Origin: a virus
Lineage: Duplodnaviria; Caudoviricetes
Reading direction: 5' to 3' (one strand)
Virus record (IMG/VR): IMGVR_UViG_3300012232_000003
Coordinates: 788 to 64,787 of that record
DNA length: 64,000 bases
The notes beneath the pieces are model-generated. The model saw nothing but the letters and a program-made list of their open reading frames with translations, did not search any database and had not been told where the DNA came from. Of the stretch, positions 1 to 8,193 are shown piece by piece. The position numbers and the translations under genes were made by a program. Numbering within the stretch: position 1 is the first letter of the stretch; each line of letters starts with the position of its first letter.

Positions 1-587
1 AAAGGCCGTGGCGTGGTAGTGATCAACTGCCTTGGTCGATCGGTACTAGCCTCACGCATACCGAACTGCAGGTTATCCCATACGTCCTGCGGGTTGCGGA
101 ACTTGGCAAACTCATCGATCCATGCAGTGTCGCCCGAGAACCCGCGAACCTGGTCAGGGGCCTCGTCAGAATAGATAGTAGCCCACGAGCCGTTCTTCCA
201 TGTGACACGACGCTTTGACGACTCGTAATGGGGACGCTCCCATGGCGGTGTGTTACGGATCAAACCACCTGGGCCTTCGAGCATGTAGTCACGAGCATCG
301 GCGGGGTTCTTAGCGACCAATGCGATCCACCTACCGTTGAACGCCATGGCCCGCTCGTGTACCCACTCAGAGCCGGTACGTGTCTTCCCAAAGCCTCGGC
401 CTGCGAGCACCAGCCACGTCTTCCAATCACCATCAGGTTGACGCTGCTTGCGTCGCGACCAAACCTTCCAGTTCCAGAAGAGAGCTTTAAGTTGTTCCGG
501 GCTCAGGCTCGTCAGCTGGGTCCGGAGGTCCGGCAGCGGTAAGCTTTCGAGTGCGTCGGCTGGTGACCCTTGCCACGATAAGCTCAA
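1..587 (-). CDS. terL: Terminase large subunit, N-terminal ATPase part (runs off window start; not in ORF track)
   Basis: Manual translation gives ...WLVLAGRGFGKTRTGSEWV (Walker A)...GDTAWIDEFAK (Walker B)...RQLITTTPRP. The TTG start at 587, with GAGGA upstream, is inferred. Confidence 0.9.
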   Translation of the reverse strand, partial: MSLSWQGSPADALESLPLPDLRTQLTSLSPEQLKALFWNWKVWSRRKQRQPDGDWKTWLVLAGRGFGKTRTGSEWVHERAMAFNGRWIALVAKNPADARDYMLEGPGGLIRNTPPWERPHYESSKRRVTWKNGSWATIYSDEAPDQVRGFSGDTAWIDEFAKFRNPQDVWDNLQFGMREASTDRPRQLITTTPRP

Positions 588-1107
588 CGAGGTCTTCCTC
601 TAGGTCGATCGGCTTGCCACCTGGATCCACCGGACCCTTTGGCTTCATGTCAGCAGGCCAGAGATCCGGGCGACGGGTCCACAGCCACAGCTTTATCGCA
701 TCGACAGCTGCAGGTACATGGTTGATGCCTTCCTCAACTGCCTTCACGATGGGGTAGGTATCCTGTCCAGTATCTGGATCCTTCTGTGTAATGTCGGCCT
801 GTCGATAGATCTTCTTGTAAGGAACACTGTATCCCTGCGCACGCCGCAGCAGTGACATTGCGACGCTTGCATCGGCGAGCTCACGTCCCTCGGTGATGGC
901 CTTATCCAAGTCAGCATGCTGTTGACGCCAAGTAGCGAGCGCCTTTACATCGTTCAGACCCAGGAAAGAAGCTAGCATAATGTCCTGGGCTCCCAGCACA
1001 CAGTACTTATAAGCCTGCTCGGCATGCTCGGGAGTGTACTGGGGCTCTGCTGGTTGGGTGACCAGGTCGGTGTGTACCCCACCATTTGCTCTTCCGTTTT
1101 TCTTCAT
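487..1107 (-). CDS. terS: Terminase small subunit
   Basis: YTPEHAEQAYKYCVLGAQDIMLASFLG...VAMSLLRRAQGY...AIKLWLWTRRPDLW resembles TerS families, and the gene lies directly upstream of terL. Confidence 0.8.
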   Translation of the reverse strand: MKKNGRANGGVHTDLVTQPAEPQYTPEHAEQAYKYCVLGAQDIMLASFLGLNDVKALATWRQQHADLDKAITEGRELADASVAMSLLRRAQGYSVPYKKIYRQADITQKDPDTGQDTYPIVKAVEEGINHVPAAVDAIKLWLWTRRPDLWPADMKPKGPVDPGGKPIDLEEDLVELIVARVTSRRTRKLTAAGPPDPADEPEPGTT

Positions 1108-1140
1108 CCGCCGATCTCACTGCAAGTTGGGAGGTGCTGT

Positions 1141-1340
1141 ACCCGACCAGGGTAGGGTAGGGGTACAGGTAGGGGTACAGCTTTTGGGCCATCTCCGTCT
1201 GGGTTTTTCTATATCTGTACCCCTGTACCTGGTTGTACCTATATAGAGCGGCATCATATGCTCGCTCGTCACGCCCGCTCGTCACGCACGTGCGGACCGA
1301 ACTGGGGAGGGGGTGCCCAGGCCGGTACACCCGGGTACAC
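1141..1340. repeat. Cluster of GGGTAC(A)/TGTACC direct and inverted repeats
   Basis: GGGTAGGGTAGGGGTACAGGTAGGGGTACAG is followed by CTGTACCCCTGTACCTGGTTGTACC and GTACACCCGGGTACACCC in the primase-terS intergenic region. Confidence 0.6.
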
Positions 1341-1418
1341 CCGTTCTGTTCTCATTTTGGTCTCCCAACTGTTGCGTTCAGGCTCGAGTATATCTTGTAC
1401 CGGTGGGATCGACGAGGC

Positions 1419-3749
1419 TCACAAGGTAGGATGACCATCCACCCCGTCACTGGTATCACCTTGCTCATCATCTTTCATCCTCTCTACCAGATCCACGTTC
1501 TTCTCTGCGTCCTTCACATTCTGTTCAACCTCGTGATCGAGACCATTCAGCGACTGTTGAAGAACCTCATTGATATCAATGATGAGAGTCTCATCGCCCT
1601 TCACATAGAACCACTTCTTTTTTCGACCTTCCGTTCCATTGACATACCTGACCCAGACCTGTTTTCGTTTCCAGCCCAACTCTTTCATCGATGTGCTCAT
1701 CCAGATATTGTGCCTCGGTTCCCACGAGCCACGATGTACCTCACCAAGCAACCTCATAACATCTAGGCAGAGTAGTCGACCCTCGAGACCATCGAGCTTG
1801 TTCTCAAGCACGTTGGTAAATGGATTACGGCTGAGGTTCTGCATCTCAGCTCTGACCTCGGTCTTAGGTATGCACTCGCTGGGCTTCCAGTCTCCCAGCT
1901 TCATATTTATCAGTTCATAGAGCATCGCACCGAGGTTATCAGGTCCCAGCTCTTTATGGATCCAATCGAAGTACTCTTTGAATACGCTGAACTTTCCTTG
2001 GAGAATGTTGGGCAGGTTGAGGTTCACGTCGAAGATCGCATAGCGACGATCATTAGCATCTACGTTGGCGCTCCAGGTCTCGTTGGTAGTCCCGATGAAC
2101 TTCAAGTGGTTAACGGTGTTCTTGGCGTTGACACCTTTGCCTTCAATGTTGATGCTCTTCTCACTGAGCATGCTCTTGAGCTTACCTGCACCCGCGCGAT
2201 CATCTGGTGCCAACGCCTCATCGAGATAAAGCAGGCACACGTCACGAAGATGATAATTGAATTTACCGATGACCGCACCCAAAGATGAGACCTGCAGTCC
2301 ATGACGGCCAAACATATCAACTAGCGCGCGAGCGTACATACCCTTGCCGGTACCTTGCTCGCCTCTAAAGATGACTGCTGTGATCGCCGGCGTGCCTGGG
2401 TTCTGCAGACACCACGCGGTCCACTTGAGGATGTATTCAAAATTTATAGGGTCCCTGTTGGCCAACACCCTGTAAATGTGTCCCTTCATACGTTGCCAGT
2501 TGCCCGGCTGTAACGGCACTGGCCAACCACGCCACAGGTTGAGGTAGCCGTTATCATCGATCTCACGGTCGTCCTTGGGATTAAACGTGACCCTGGGATA
2601 CTTCCGGCACCTGGGATCATCAAGCCAGGCCTTACCTAGCTGTTTCATGTTGTCGCCCACGGGCACCCATTCACTTCGCTTAGCCTGCTCGAAGTCCTTG
2701 AACCTCATGAGGCTGAGTGTGTCACGACCCAACTTATCGGAATACCATTCACAAACCCAAGGCTTGTCACCCTCATTCTCAACGATGAAATATTTTTCGT
2801 TGGTGCGCTCCATCCAATCATCATCCCGGAAGGGCAGAGGCAACTCAACGTCCTTCTTGAAGCCGGCATCGATCGACTGTTTGAGTTTGACCTTGACGGT
2901 GTGATCATCGAGATTGCAAGCGAGACCCGCCGCATAGAAGATAGCTTCATACTCATCGCGGGTCACGATCTCGAAGCGAATGAACCCACTGTTGACGAAG
3001 AGCTCGGTGTTCAAAGTCGAGTCACGAGATCCTTCCGGAGTCTCGGCTACCACCTTAGCTCTCCCCTCCAGGTAAGCTATCGCACGTGACTTGCGACTGC
3101 CATGGATGGGGCGATGGCCCGGGGTATATTTTTTCTTGGGTGCCTTTGACTCCAGCATCTTCATGCAGATCAGTTCAATGTTGAGCTCTGTTAAGTCAGC
3201 ACGCTGACCATCTGACCTCAATATGCTGCCCTTCAGCCACGTGTACATCTTCCCATCAGGTCGGATGGATCCAGGCAAGATTATGTATCCACCCGTGGTC
3301 CTGGTGTCGCAGCCTGGCAGTTGGACCTTGCGGTTCTTGTATATGACTGCATCAGTCTGGTTCCGCAGGTTGAGCTTGGGATCATGCCGACCGATGATGT
3401 GTTGACCACCTGAGGGAGTACCCGCTAGTGTCTGTGCCCAGTTCTCAGCGTTGGGTACCGTCTCAAACCCACCCTTGCCTGGGTCGATGTCTATAGCGTC
3501 AATCCCATTGACGCTTCCAGTCTGCATGCCGATGAGCACGTTCTCAATTTTGATTTGAAGACCGCCGATGTTCCAATCGCCCTTGAACCAGGATGGAATG
3601 CGGTCGGGATCGTTGGTGGCGGCGTTCTGCCAGCCCTTCTGGTGAAGTGGCTTCTTGCTACCATCTGGTAGCTGATAACAAGGGTGGATGATGATCCCAG
3701 CTTTGGCATACGCGATGGCCCATTCAAGGGGCGTTTTACCCATGTACAT
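1419..3749 (-). CDS. Bifunctional primase-polymerase fused to P-loop NTPase/helicase (DUF5906-like)
   Basis: The N-terminal prim-pol motifs are IDAIDID, TPSGGQH and DTRTTGGYIILPGS. The C-terminal region has Walker A GEQGTGKG, LLYLDE and DRRY. Confidence 0.9.
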   Translation of the reverse strand: MYMGKTPLEWAIAYAKAGIIIHPCYQLPDGSKKPLHQKGWQNAATNDPDRIPSWFKGDWNIGGLQIKIENVLIGMQTGSVNGIDAIDIDPGKGGFETVPNAENWAQTLAGTPSGGQHIIGRHDPKLNLRNQTDAVIYKNRKVQLPGCDTRTTGGYIILPGSIRPDGKMYTWLKGSILRSDGQRADLTELNIELICMKMLESKAPKKKYTPGHRPIHGSRKSRAIAYLEGRAKVVAETPEGSRDSTLNTELFVNSGFIRFEIVTRDEYEAIFYAAGLACNLDDHTVKVKLKQSIDAGFKKDVELPLPFRDDDWMERTNEKYFIVENEGDKPWVCEWYSDKLGRDTLSLMRFKDFEQAKRSEWVPVGDNMKQLGKAWLDDPRCRKYPRVTFNPKDDREIDDNGYLNLWRGWPVPLQPGNWQRMKGHIYRVLANRDPINFEYILKWTAWCLQNPGTPAITAVIFRGEQGTGKGMYARALVDMFGRHGLQVSSLGAVIGKFNYHLRDVCLLYLDEALAPDDRAGAGKLKSMLSEKSINIEGKGVNAKNTVNHLKFIGTTNETWSANVDANDRRYAIFDVNLNLPNILQGKFSVFKEYFDWIHKELGPDNLGAMLYELINMKLGDWKPSECIPKTEVRAEMQNLSRNPFTNVLENKLDGLEGRLLCLDVMRLLGEVHRGSWEPRHNIWMSTSMKELGWKRKQVWVRYVNGTEGRKKKWFYVKGDETLIIDINEVLQQSLNGLDHEVEQNVKDAEKNVDLVERMKDDEQGDTSDGVDGHPTL

Positions 3750-3823
3750 TACAAGGTCGTCCCATTATATAGCCATTATTGAGCTGTCCCGGTGCGCGGT
3801 GACAGACTGGTTGGGTCAGACGG

Positions 3824-3857
3824 ACACGAGATCACCATCTTGCAGGTGATCTCGTGT
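3824..3857. other. Perfect 13-bp inverted repeat in divergent intergenic region
   Basis: ACACGAGATCACC-N8-GGTGATCTCGTGT. Confidence 0.7.
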
Positions 3858-4076
3858 TCATTTTATGGAAGGCATTGGGTCTTCCTCACGCAGTTTGAGA
3901 GACGGGTCGGGTGGGAGAGTATAAACCCGTACCTAATGGTTGTAAACCGGAGATACCTAGTGACCGATCAACCTGTCCCATCGTTGATCGATCACTAACC
4001 TACTCTTTGTCATATACAGGCGGTTCCCGTTGTGGTATGGTGGACGAGTCGCTGACCCCGACCAGGGAATGAACCC

Positions 4077-4319
4077 GTGCAGTTATATGTGAAGGCCAGA
4101 TCCAAGAAGGCGTTCAACGAGAAGTTGGCCCAATATGCGGGCAAGCCACTCGTACCCATCTTCGCGTACGAGTACGAGCCGACATGCATCACACCCTATC
4201 GCATCGACATGCTGCCCCACGGCACGGTGCTCAAGTTCTACTGGGAGCTCGACGGTAACAGCAATCCGATCTCGCGGTCCTACGGCAAGTGGGACGCCAA
4301 GAATATGAGGGCCAAATGA
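4077..4319 (+). CDS. Hypothetical protein
   Basis: An 80-aa ORF with coding-like codon usage and an ATGA overlap with the next ORF. Confidence 0.6.
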   Translation: MQLYVKARSKKAFNEKLAQYAGKPLVPIFAYEYEPTCITPYRIDMLPHGTVLKFYWELDGNSNPISRSYGKWDAKNMRAK

Positions 4320-4450
4320 TGCTCGCCAGGTTGGTTTGTTGGCTAATTGGACATAGCTACGAGGTGTCTGCATTCGAGGATAGTGGCGACATCTATCAGT
4401 GTCGCTACTGTCCTGCCCGGTTCATCAGGTATCATGCACATGAGCGCTGA
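4316..4450 (+). CDS. Small Cys/His protein (DUF1660-like pattern)
   Basis: Manual translation MMLARLVCWLIGHSY...YQCRYC (44 aa, below the track cutoff). Confidence 0.45.
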   Translation: MMLARLVCWLIGHSYEVSAFEDSGDIYQCRYCPARFIRYHAHER

Positions 4451-4649
4451 GCTTATTTTGGGCTTGACGGTCATCGCGATCAACATCATCACCAGTGCCA
4501 CCGTGCTCTGGTACGTGTATCATTGGACTACGAATGTCTACAACCTGCTCGAGGAGATACGTAATGGCCTCCGCAAGAGTCCGAACAAAGAAGATCCGAA
4601 AAGAACATGGCCTCCCCCGATCGAAGCCAGTCGCTGGCGACGACGATGA
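4440..4649 (+). CDS. Small membrane protein
   Basis: Hydrophobic N-terminus LILGLTVIAINIITSATVLWYVY. Confidence 0.5.
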   Translation: MSAELILGLTVIAINIITSATVLWYVYHWTTNVYNLLEEIRNGLRKSPNKEDPKRTWPPPIEASRWRRR

Positions 4650-4650
4650 T

Positions 4651-5253
4651 ATGGCTGACGTCATCGCGGCTGGCGCCTCGGTCCGCGATGGCTACCTCGA
4701 GCAGCTTGGTCAGCTGGTGAACGAGTATATCGCGCTCGAGTCGGAGATGACTGCTTTGCTTGAGCAGGCTGAAGCTCGCAACAAAGAGCTCTTCGACCTC
4801 AAGACACGTCGATTGCCCGACGTGATGAAGGCTGCTCAGATCGATCACCAGCGTATGACTTCAGGTCATGAGGTCTCGTTGATGACGAGCATCCGCGCCA
4901 GCTTTCCCAAGGATCCGGACAAGCGTGCCAAGGCTATCAAAGCCCTTACCGATCTCAACGGCTTGGACCTGATCAAGCATGTGATCAGCATGTCGTTCGA
5001 TCGCGATGAGCAAGAGAAGGCCCAAGCTTCGTTCGAATTTCTCAAGATCGCCGGGCTCACACCCGACAACAAGCAAGCTATCCACGCCGGCACCTACGCG
5101 GCTTGGGTCAAAGAGCTTCTCGATGATGAGAAGATGGCACCGAAGCTGTTGGCACGTCTTGACGACCTCGGCGTGTTCATGCAAAGCATGGCTGAGGTGA
5201 AAGCTCCGAAGCAGAAACGAAAGGTGAAACATGGCAACGCAGAAGCAGCCTAA
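4651..5253 (+). CDS. Conserved-looking phage hypothetical protein (coiled-coil N-terminus)
   Basis: Start refined to ATG 4651; strong codon bias; lies upstream of the SSB-like gene. Confidence 0.7.
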   Translation: MADVIAAGASVRDGYLEQLGQLVNEYIALESEMTALLEQAEARNKELFDLKTRRLPDVMKAAQIDHQRMTSGHEVSLMTSIRASFPKDPDKRAKAIKALTDLNGLDLIKHVISMSFDRDEQEKAQASFEFLKIAGLTPDNKQAIHAGTYAAWVKELLDDEKMAPKLLARLDDLGVFMQSMAEVKAPKQKRKVKHGNAEAA

Positions 5254-6055
5254 GGCACTCAAGGTTCAAGAGGAACCGGGAGCCTCCGATGTTGCACTCC
5301 TATCCCCAGAGGAACTGACCGAGCTGGGTCAACACAGCGGCAAGGGTATGGAGGCCGTCAAGTCGACCGACCTGGCGATGCCGTTCCTCACGATCCTGCA
5401 GGTGGGAAGTCCCCAGGTCAAGGAAGGCGGCGGCGAGTACGTTGAAGGTGCCAAGCCTGGGCTCATCTTCAACACGGTGACCAACGCGACCTACGACAAG
5501 ATCGTCGTGGTGCCCGCGTCCTACAAGACCAGGTACACCGAGTGGAAGCCCAGGGACAGCGGCGGCGGCCTCGTTCGTGATTGGGGTGAGGACGGCTCGA
5601 TGTACATGAAGATCGCGCCTGATGACCGCGGCCGTAGGATCACACCCACCGGAACCAACATCGTCGAGTCGGCCACGATCTTCGGCCTGCTGCATCCCAG
5701 CCAAGAGCGGGTGATCATCGCCTTCAGCTCGACGCAGCGCAAGAAGGGTCGCGGTTGGTTGACGATGGCACACAACATCCGCCTCGATGACGGCAAGGGT
5801 GGAAAGTTCAACCCGCCGTTCTTCTACATGTCCTACGAGCTCTCGGTCGTGGGCGAGAGCAACCAAAAGGGCGACTGGTACGGCTGGCGGATCGTACCGC
5901 ACAAGCCCACGAAGGGTCCCAGCAAGATCGAGGGTGGCCCTGCGATCTTCGCCGAAGCGCTCAAGCTCGCCGAGGACGTCAAGTCACAGAAGGTTTCCGC
6001 ACCGGTCGCGCTGATCGGCAAGGACGCCGAGACGGCAGACGAGATACCATTCTGA
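5231..6055 (+). CDS. Putative single-stranded DNA-binding protein
   Basis: Aromatic/Gly-rich core (PFLTILQVGSPQV, YTEWKPR, GDWYGW) and an acidic C-terminal tail ending DEIPF. Confidence 0.65.
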   Translation: MATQKQPKALKVQEEPGASDVALLSPEELTELGQHSGKGMEAVKSTDLAMPFLTILQVGSPQVKEGGGEYVEGAKPGLIFNTVTNATYDKIVVVPASYKTRYTEWKPRDSGGGLVRDWGEDGSMYMKIAPDDRGRRITPTGTNIVESATIFGLLHPSQERVIIAFSSTQRKKGRGWLTMAHNIRLDDGKGGKFNPPFFYMSYELSVVGESNQKGDWYGWRIVPHKPTKGPSKIEGGPAIFAEALKLAEDVKSQKVSAPVALIGKDAETADEIPF

Positions 6056-6132
6056 CCGAACAGCTGCAAGTGCAGTTGTTTGATCAGAAGAGATACCGTT
6101 CTGATCTGGCCTCCCTCGCCAATCGAACGGTA

Positions 6133-6166
6133 GGGTCGGCAGCTGGTCCCCCTCAGCTGCCGACCC
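6133..6166 (+). terminator. 13-bp GC hairpin, possible terminator or processing site
   Basis: GGGTCGGCAGCTG-N8-CAGCTGCCGACCC, with no clear U-tract. Confidence 0.45.
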
Positions 6167-6188
6167 AACCTAGAGTGGTGGACGTCAC

Positions 6189-6278
6189 ATGACCTACCTC
6201 ATACTCATCCTGGTGTCGCTCGTCTTCGCGGGCGTGCCATTCGGTCTTATCATCTACGCCATCACGGATGGACCATGA
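6189..6278 (+). CDS. Small membrane peptide (29 aa)
   Basis: MTYLILILVSLVFAGVPFGLIIYAITDGP, with an ATGA overlap with the next gene. Confidence 0.4.
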   Translation: MTYLILILVSLVFAGVPFGLIIYAITDGP

Positions 6279-6481
6279 GCAGCAAACTGTCACCTGATGA
6301 ATACGAAGAGCTCATCGAGATCTTTCTCGATGTTGACGCCTCAGGTTTCAAGATGAAGGAGCGTGAGTTCAGGTTCTATGATGAGCAGAAGACTCGCTTC
6401 GAGCGCTACGGCGTCGATACCTACATGTCGGGGCCACAGTGGAAATGGCTTCGCGACATCAAAGATCGAGCGACGCGATGA
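6275..6481 (+). CDS. Hypothetical protein
   Basis: A 68-aa ORF ending MSGPQWKWLRDI..., translationally coupled on both sides. Confidence 0.6.
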   Translation: MSSKLSPDEYEELIEIFLDVDASGFKMKEREFRFYDEQKTRFERYGVDTYMSGPQWKWLRDIKDRATR

Positions 6482-6669
6482 CCTGGGCCCTCATCCTCTA
6501 CCTACTTGGTCTCGTTCCTGCAATCATTTCGCTACGGGGACACACCCCACGTACCATATGGGTGTGTACCCTGGGCTGGCCGATATTGGCCTTACTGACC
6601 CTGCTAACCATTCTTTGGTCATGTGTCAAGAAGCTCGCAACCACATATTTGACATTTACATGGCGATGA
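6478..6669 (+). CDS. Small membrane protein
   Basis: Two hydrophobic segments and an ATGA overlap. Confidence 0.45.
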   Translation: MTWALILYLLGLVPAIISLRGHTPRTIWVCTLGWPILALLTLLTILWSCVKKLATTYLTFTWR

Positions 6670-6683
6670 GTTCATGGTACAGT
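6655..6683 (+). promoter_or_regulatory. Sigma70-like promoter
   Basis: TTTACA-N17-TACAGT with a TG extended -10, about 20 nt upstream of ORF 6704. Confidence 0.45.
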
Positions 6684-6703
6684 TCAATCATCGTAGGTGA
6701 AAC

Positions 6704-7327
6704 ATGCTCGTCTTCGTCGTCAACTACAAGGAGTCTGAGCGCAACACCTTCCAGGTGTTCGCGCCCGAGTCGGCCCAGGTTTGTGAAGCCTATGTCGATG
6801 CGCCATTGATCGATCACGCGTGTGGTTATGTGATCAAGAAGGGTGAGACCCAAGAGTGGACCTTCGACGGCGTTCCGAAGCTGCAGCGACAAAAATTTTG
6901 TGGGTCACCCGACCCACAGATTTTTATCGCTCGGCTTCAGTCCGAGGCCAAGCCCTTGACGGCGGCGATGGTCGAGCAGCTTCACATCGACAAACGCGAC
7001 TATATCAACCGCAGACGCAAAGAGGAAAAGCAGCTCATGGCCAATACCGAGACGAAACCGAAAGCGAAGAAGGTTGCCAAGCCAAAGGCCGCCAAGGCAG
7101 CTAACGGTGGCGAGCGCGCAGCTCGCTTCAATCCCGACGACACCTCGAAGATCTACCTGATCGAGAACAGCGAGGCCCGTCCACGGCGCGAAGGTGGCAA
7201 GGGTGCCAAGAACGCCGCCCTGTACAAGAACGGTCTGACGGTGGCCAAGTTCAAAGAGCTCGGCGGCAAGCCCAGCCTCTTGAAGACCGACATCGCCAAG
7301 GGCCGCGTCGAACTTCGCACAGCTTAG
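6704..7327 (+). CDS. Hypothetical protein with Lys/Ala-rich putative DNA-binding C-terminal module (possible internal start at 7037)
   Basis: KPKAKKVAKPKAAKAA is followed by a compact basic domain; GAGGA precedes the in-frame ATG at 7037. Confidence 0.65.
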   Translation: MLVFVVNYKESERNTFQVFAPESAQVCEAYVDAPLIDHACGYVIKKGETQEWTFDGVPKLQRQKFCGSPDPQIFIARLQSEAKPLTAAMVEQLHIDKRDYINRRRKEEKQLMANTETKPKAKKVAKPKAAKAANGGERAARFNPDDTSKIYLIENSEARPRREGGKGAKNAALYKNGLTVAKFKELGGKPSLLKTDIAKGRVELRTA

Positions 7328-7619
7328 CACGGGCACCCAACCCCGCTCGTGCTGAGGATCGGTCGACCTAGCGACCCCGCATCCGGGTCGACCGGTCTTA
7401 TCCTCTGAGTATCGTGATGGGCACAGGGTCACATGTCGACCAGGGGATTTGACATAGGCCCTTCAGTAGGCTCTGCCCTGTGTCCTTCAAGATGCTCGTC
7501 CAAGGAAATGATGTTTACATCTCATAGAGGTAGGTATACTCTCCCATAGTCGCTACGGTGAATGGTCACTACAGTGATACACTAGCAGTAACCGGGCCTA
7601 GGCCCAGTAGGAGAGTAAT

Positions 7620-8132
7620 ATGACTACCATCAAAGTTAGAGCAGCACGTCTGCCACGCATCCACGTCAACGAAAGCATGACCTGCCCCAAGACGGGCCTC
7701 CTCGTCTTGCGTCCCAATAGCACATCACCCGAACGTGGCCCCACTGAAGCTTGGGTACGTGATCCCTTTTTGCGGGTGCTTAAGGCTTGGCTGACCATCG
7801 GCTACTATGCTGGGATTACCGGCAAGTCCCTGGTCCGTGCCCTTTACGAAACGGTAAAGGATCCGGGACAGTACCTCTCATACGGTGAACACTTCGAGAA
7901 GTGGGAGAGGCGCGGAAGCTCGGGTGTGCTATATCATGAGTGCCTGTCCGAGGGTTGGGAACCGGACTTCGAGGTAGCCCGTCAGCTCTGGATCATCCAC
8001 CGCGATGACAGGTCTGTTGACCTGCGGCAGCTCATGACTGAGATGCGTGGCGTCGAAACTGGAACCTCCTTCGAGGAGGAACTTGCTGAGGTTGCACGGC
8101 GACACAACCGTGAGATCGTCATCGGCAAGTGA
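7620..8132 (+). CDS. Hypothetical protein
   Basis: A 170-aa ORF with a GGAG RBS. Confidence 0.7.
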   Translation: MTTIKVRAARLPRIHVNESMTCPKTGLLVLRPNSTSPERGPTEAWVRDPFLRVLKAWLTIGYYAGITGKSLVRALYETVKDPGQYLSYGEHFEKWERRGSSGVLYHECLSEGWEPDFEVARQLWIIHRDDRSVDLRQLMTEMRGVETGTSFEEELAEVARRHNREIVIGK

Positions 8133-8193
8133 CGGTCGACATCACCAGTGGGACGGTATATTATCCTCCCGCTGGTGATCAACGAGGTGTCGA

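Noticed and set aside
1-300. Apparent frameshifts in terL on first reading
   Set aside because: Careful re-translation gives a continuous frame (PPWERPHYESSKRR...QFGMREAS).
7449-7472. TTGACA at 7449 as a sigma70 -35 box
   Set aside because: There is no acceptable -10 hexamer at 16-18 nt spacing.
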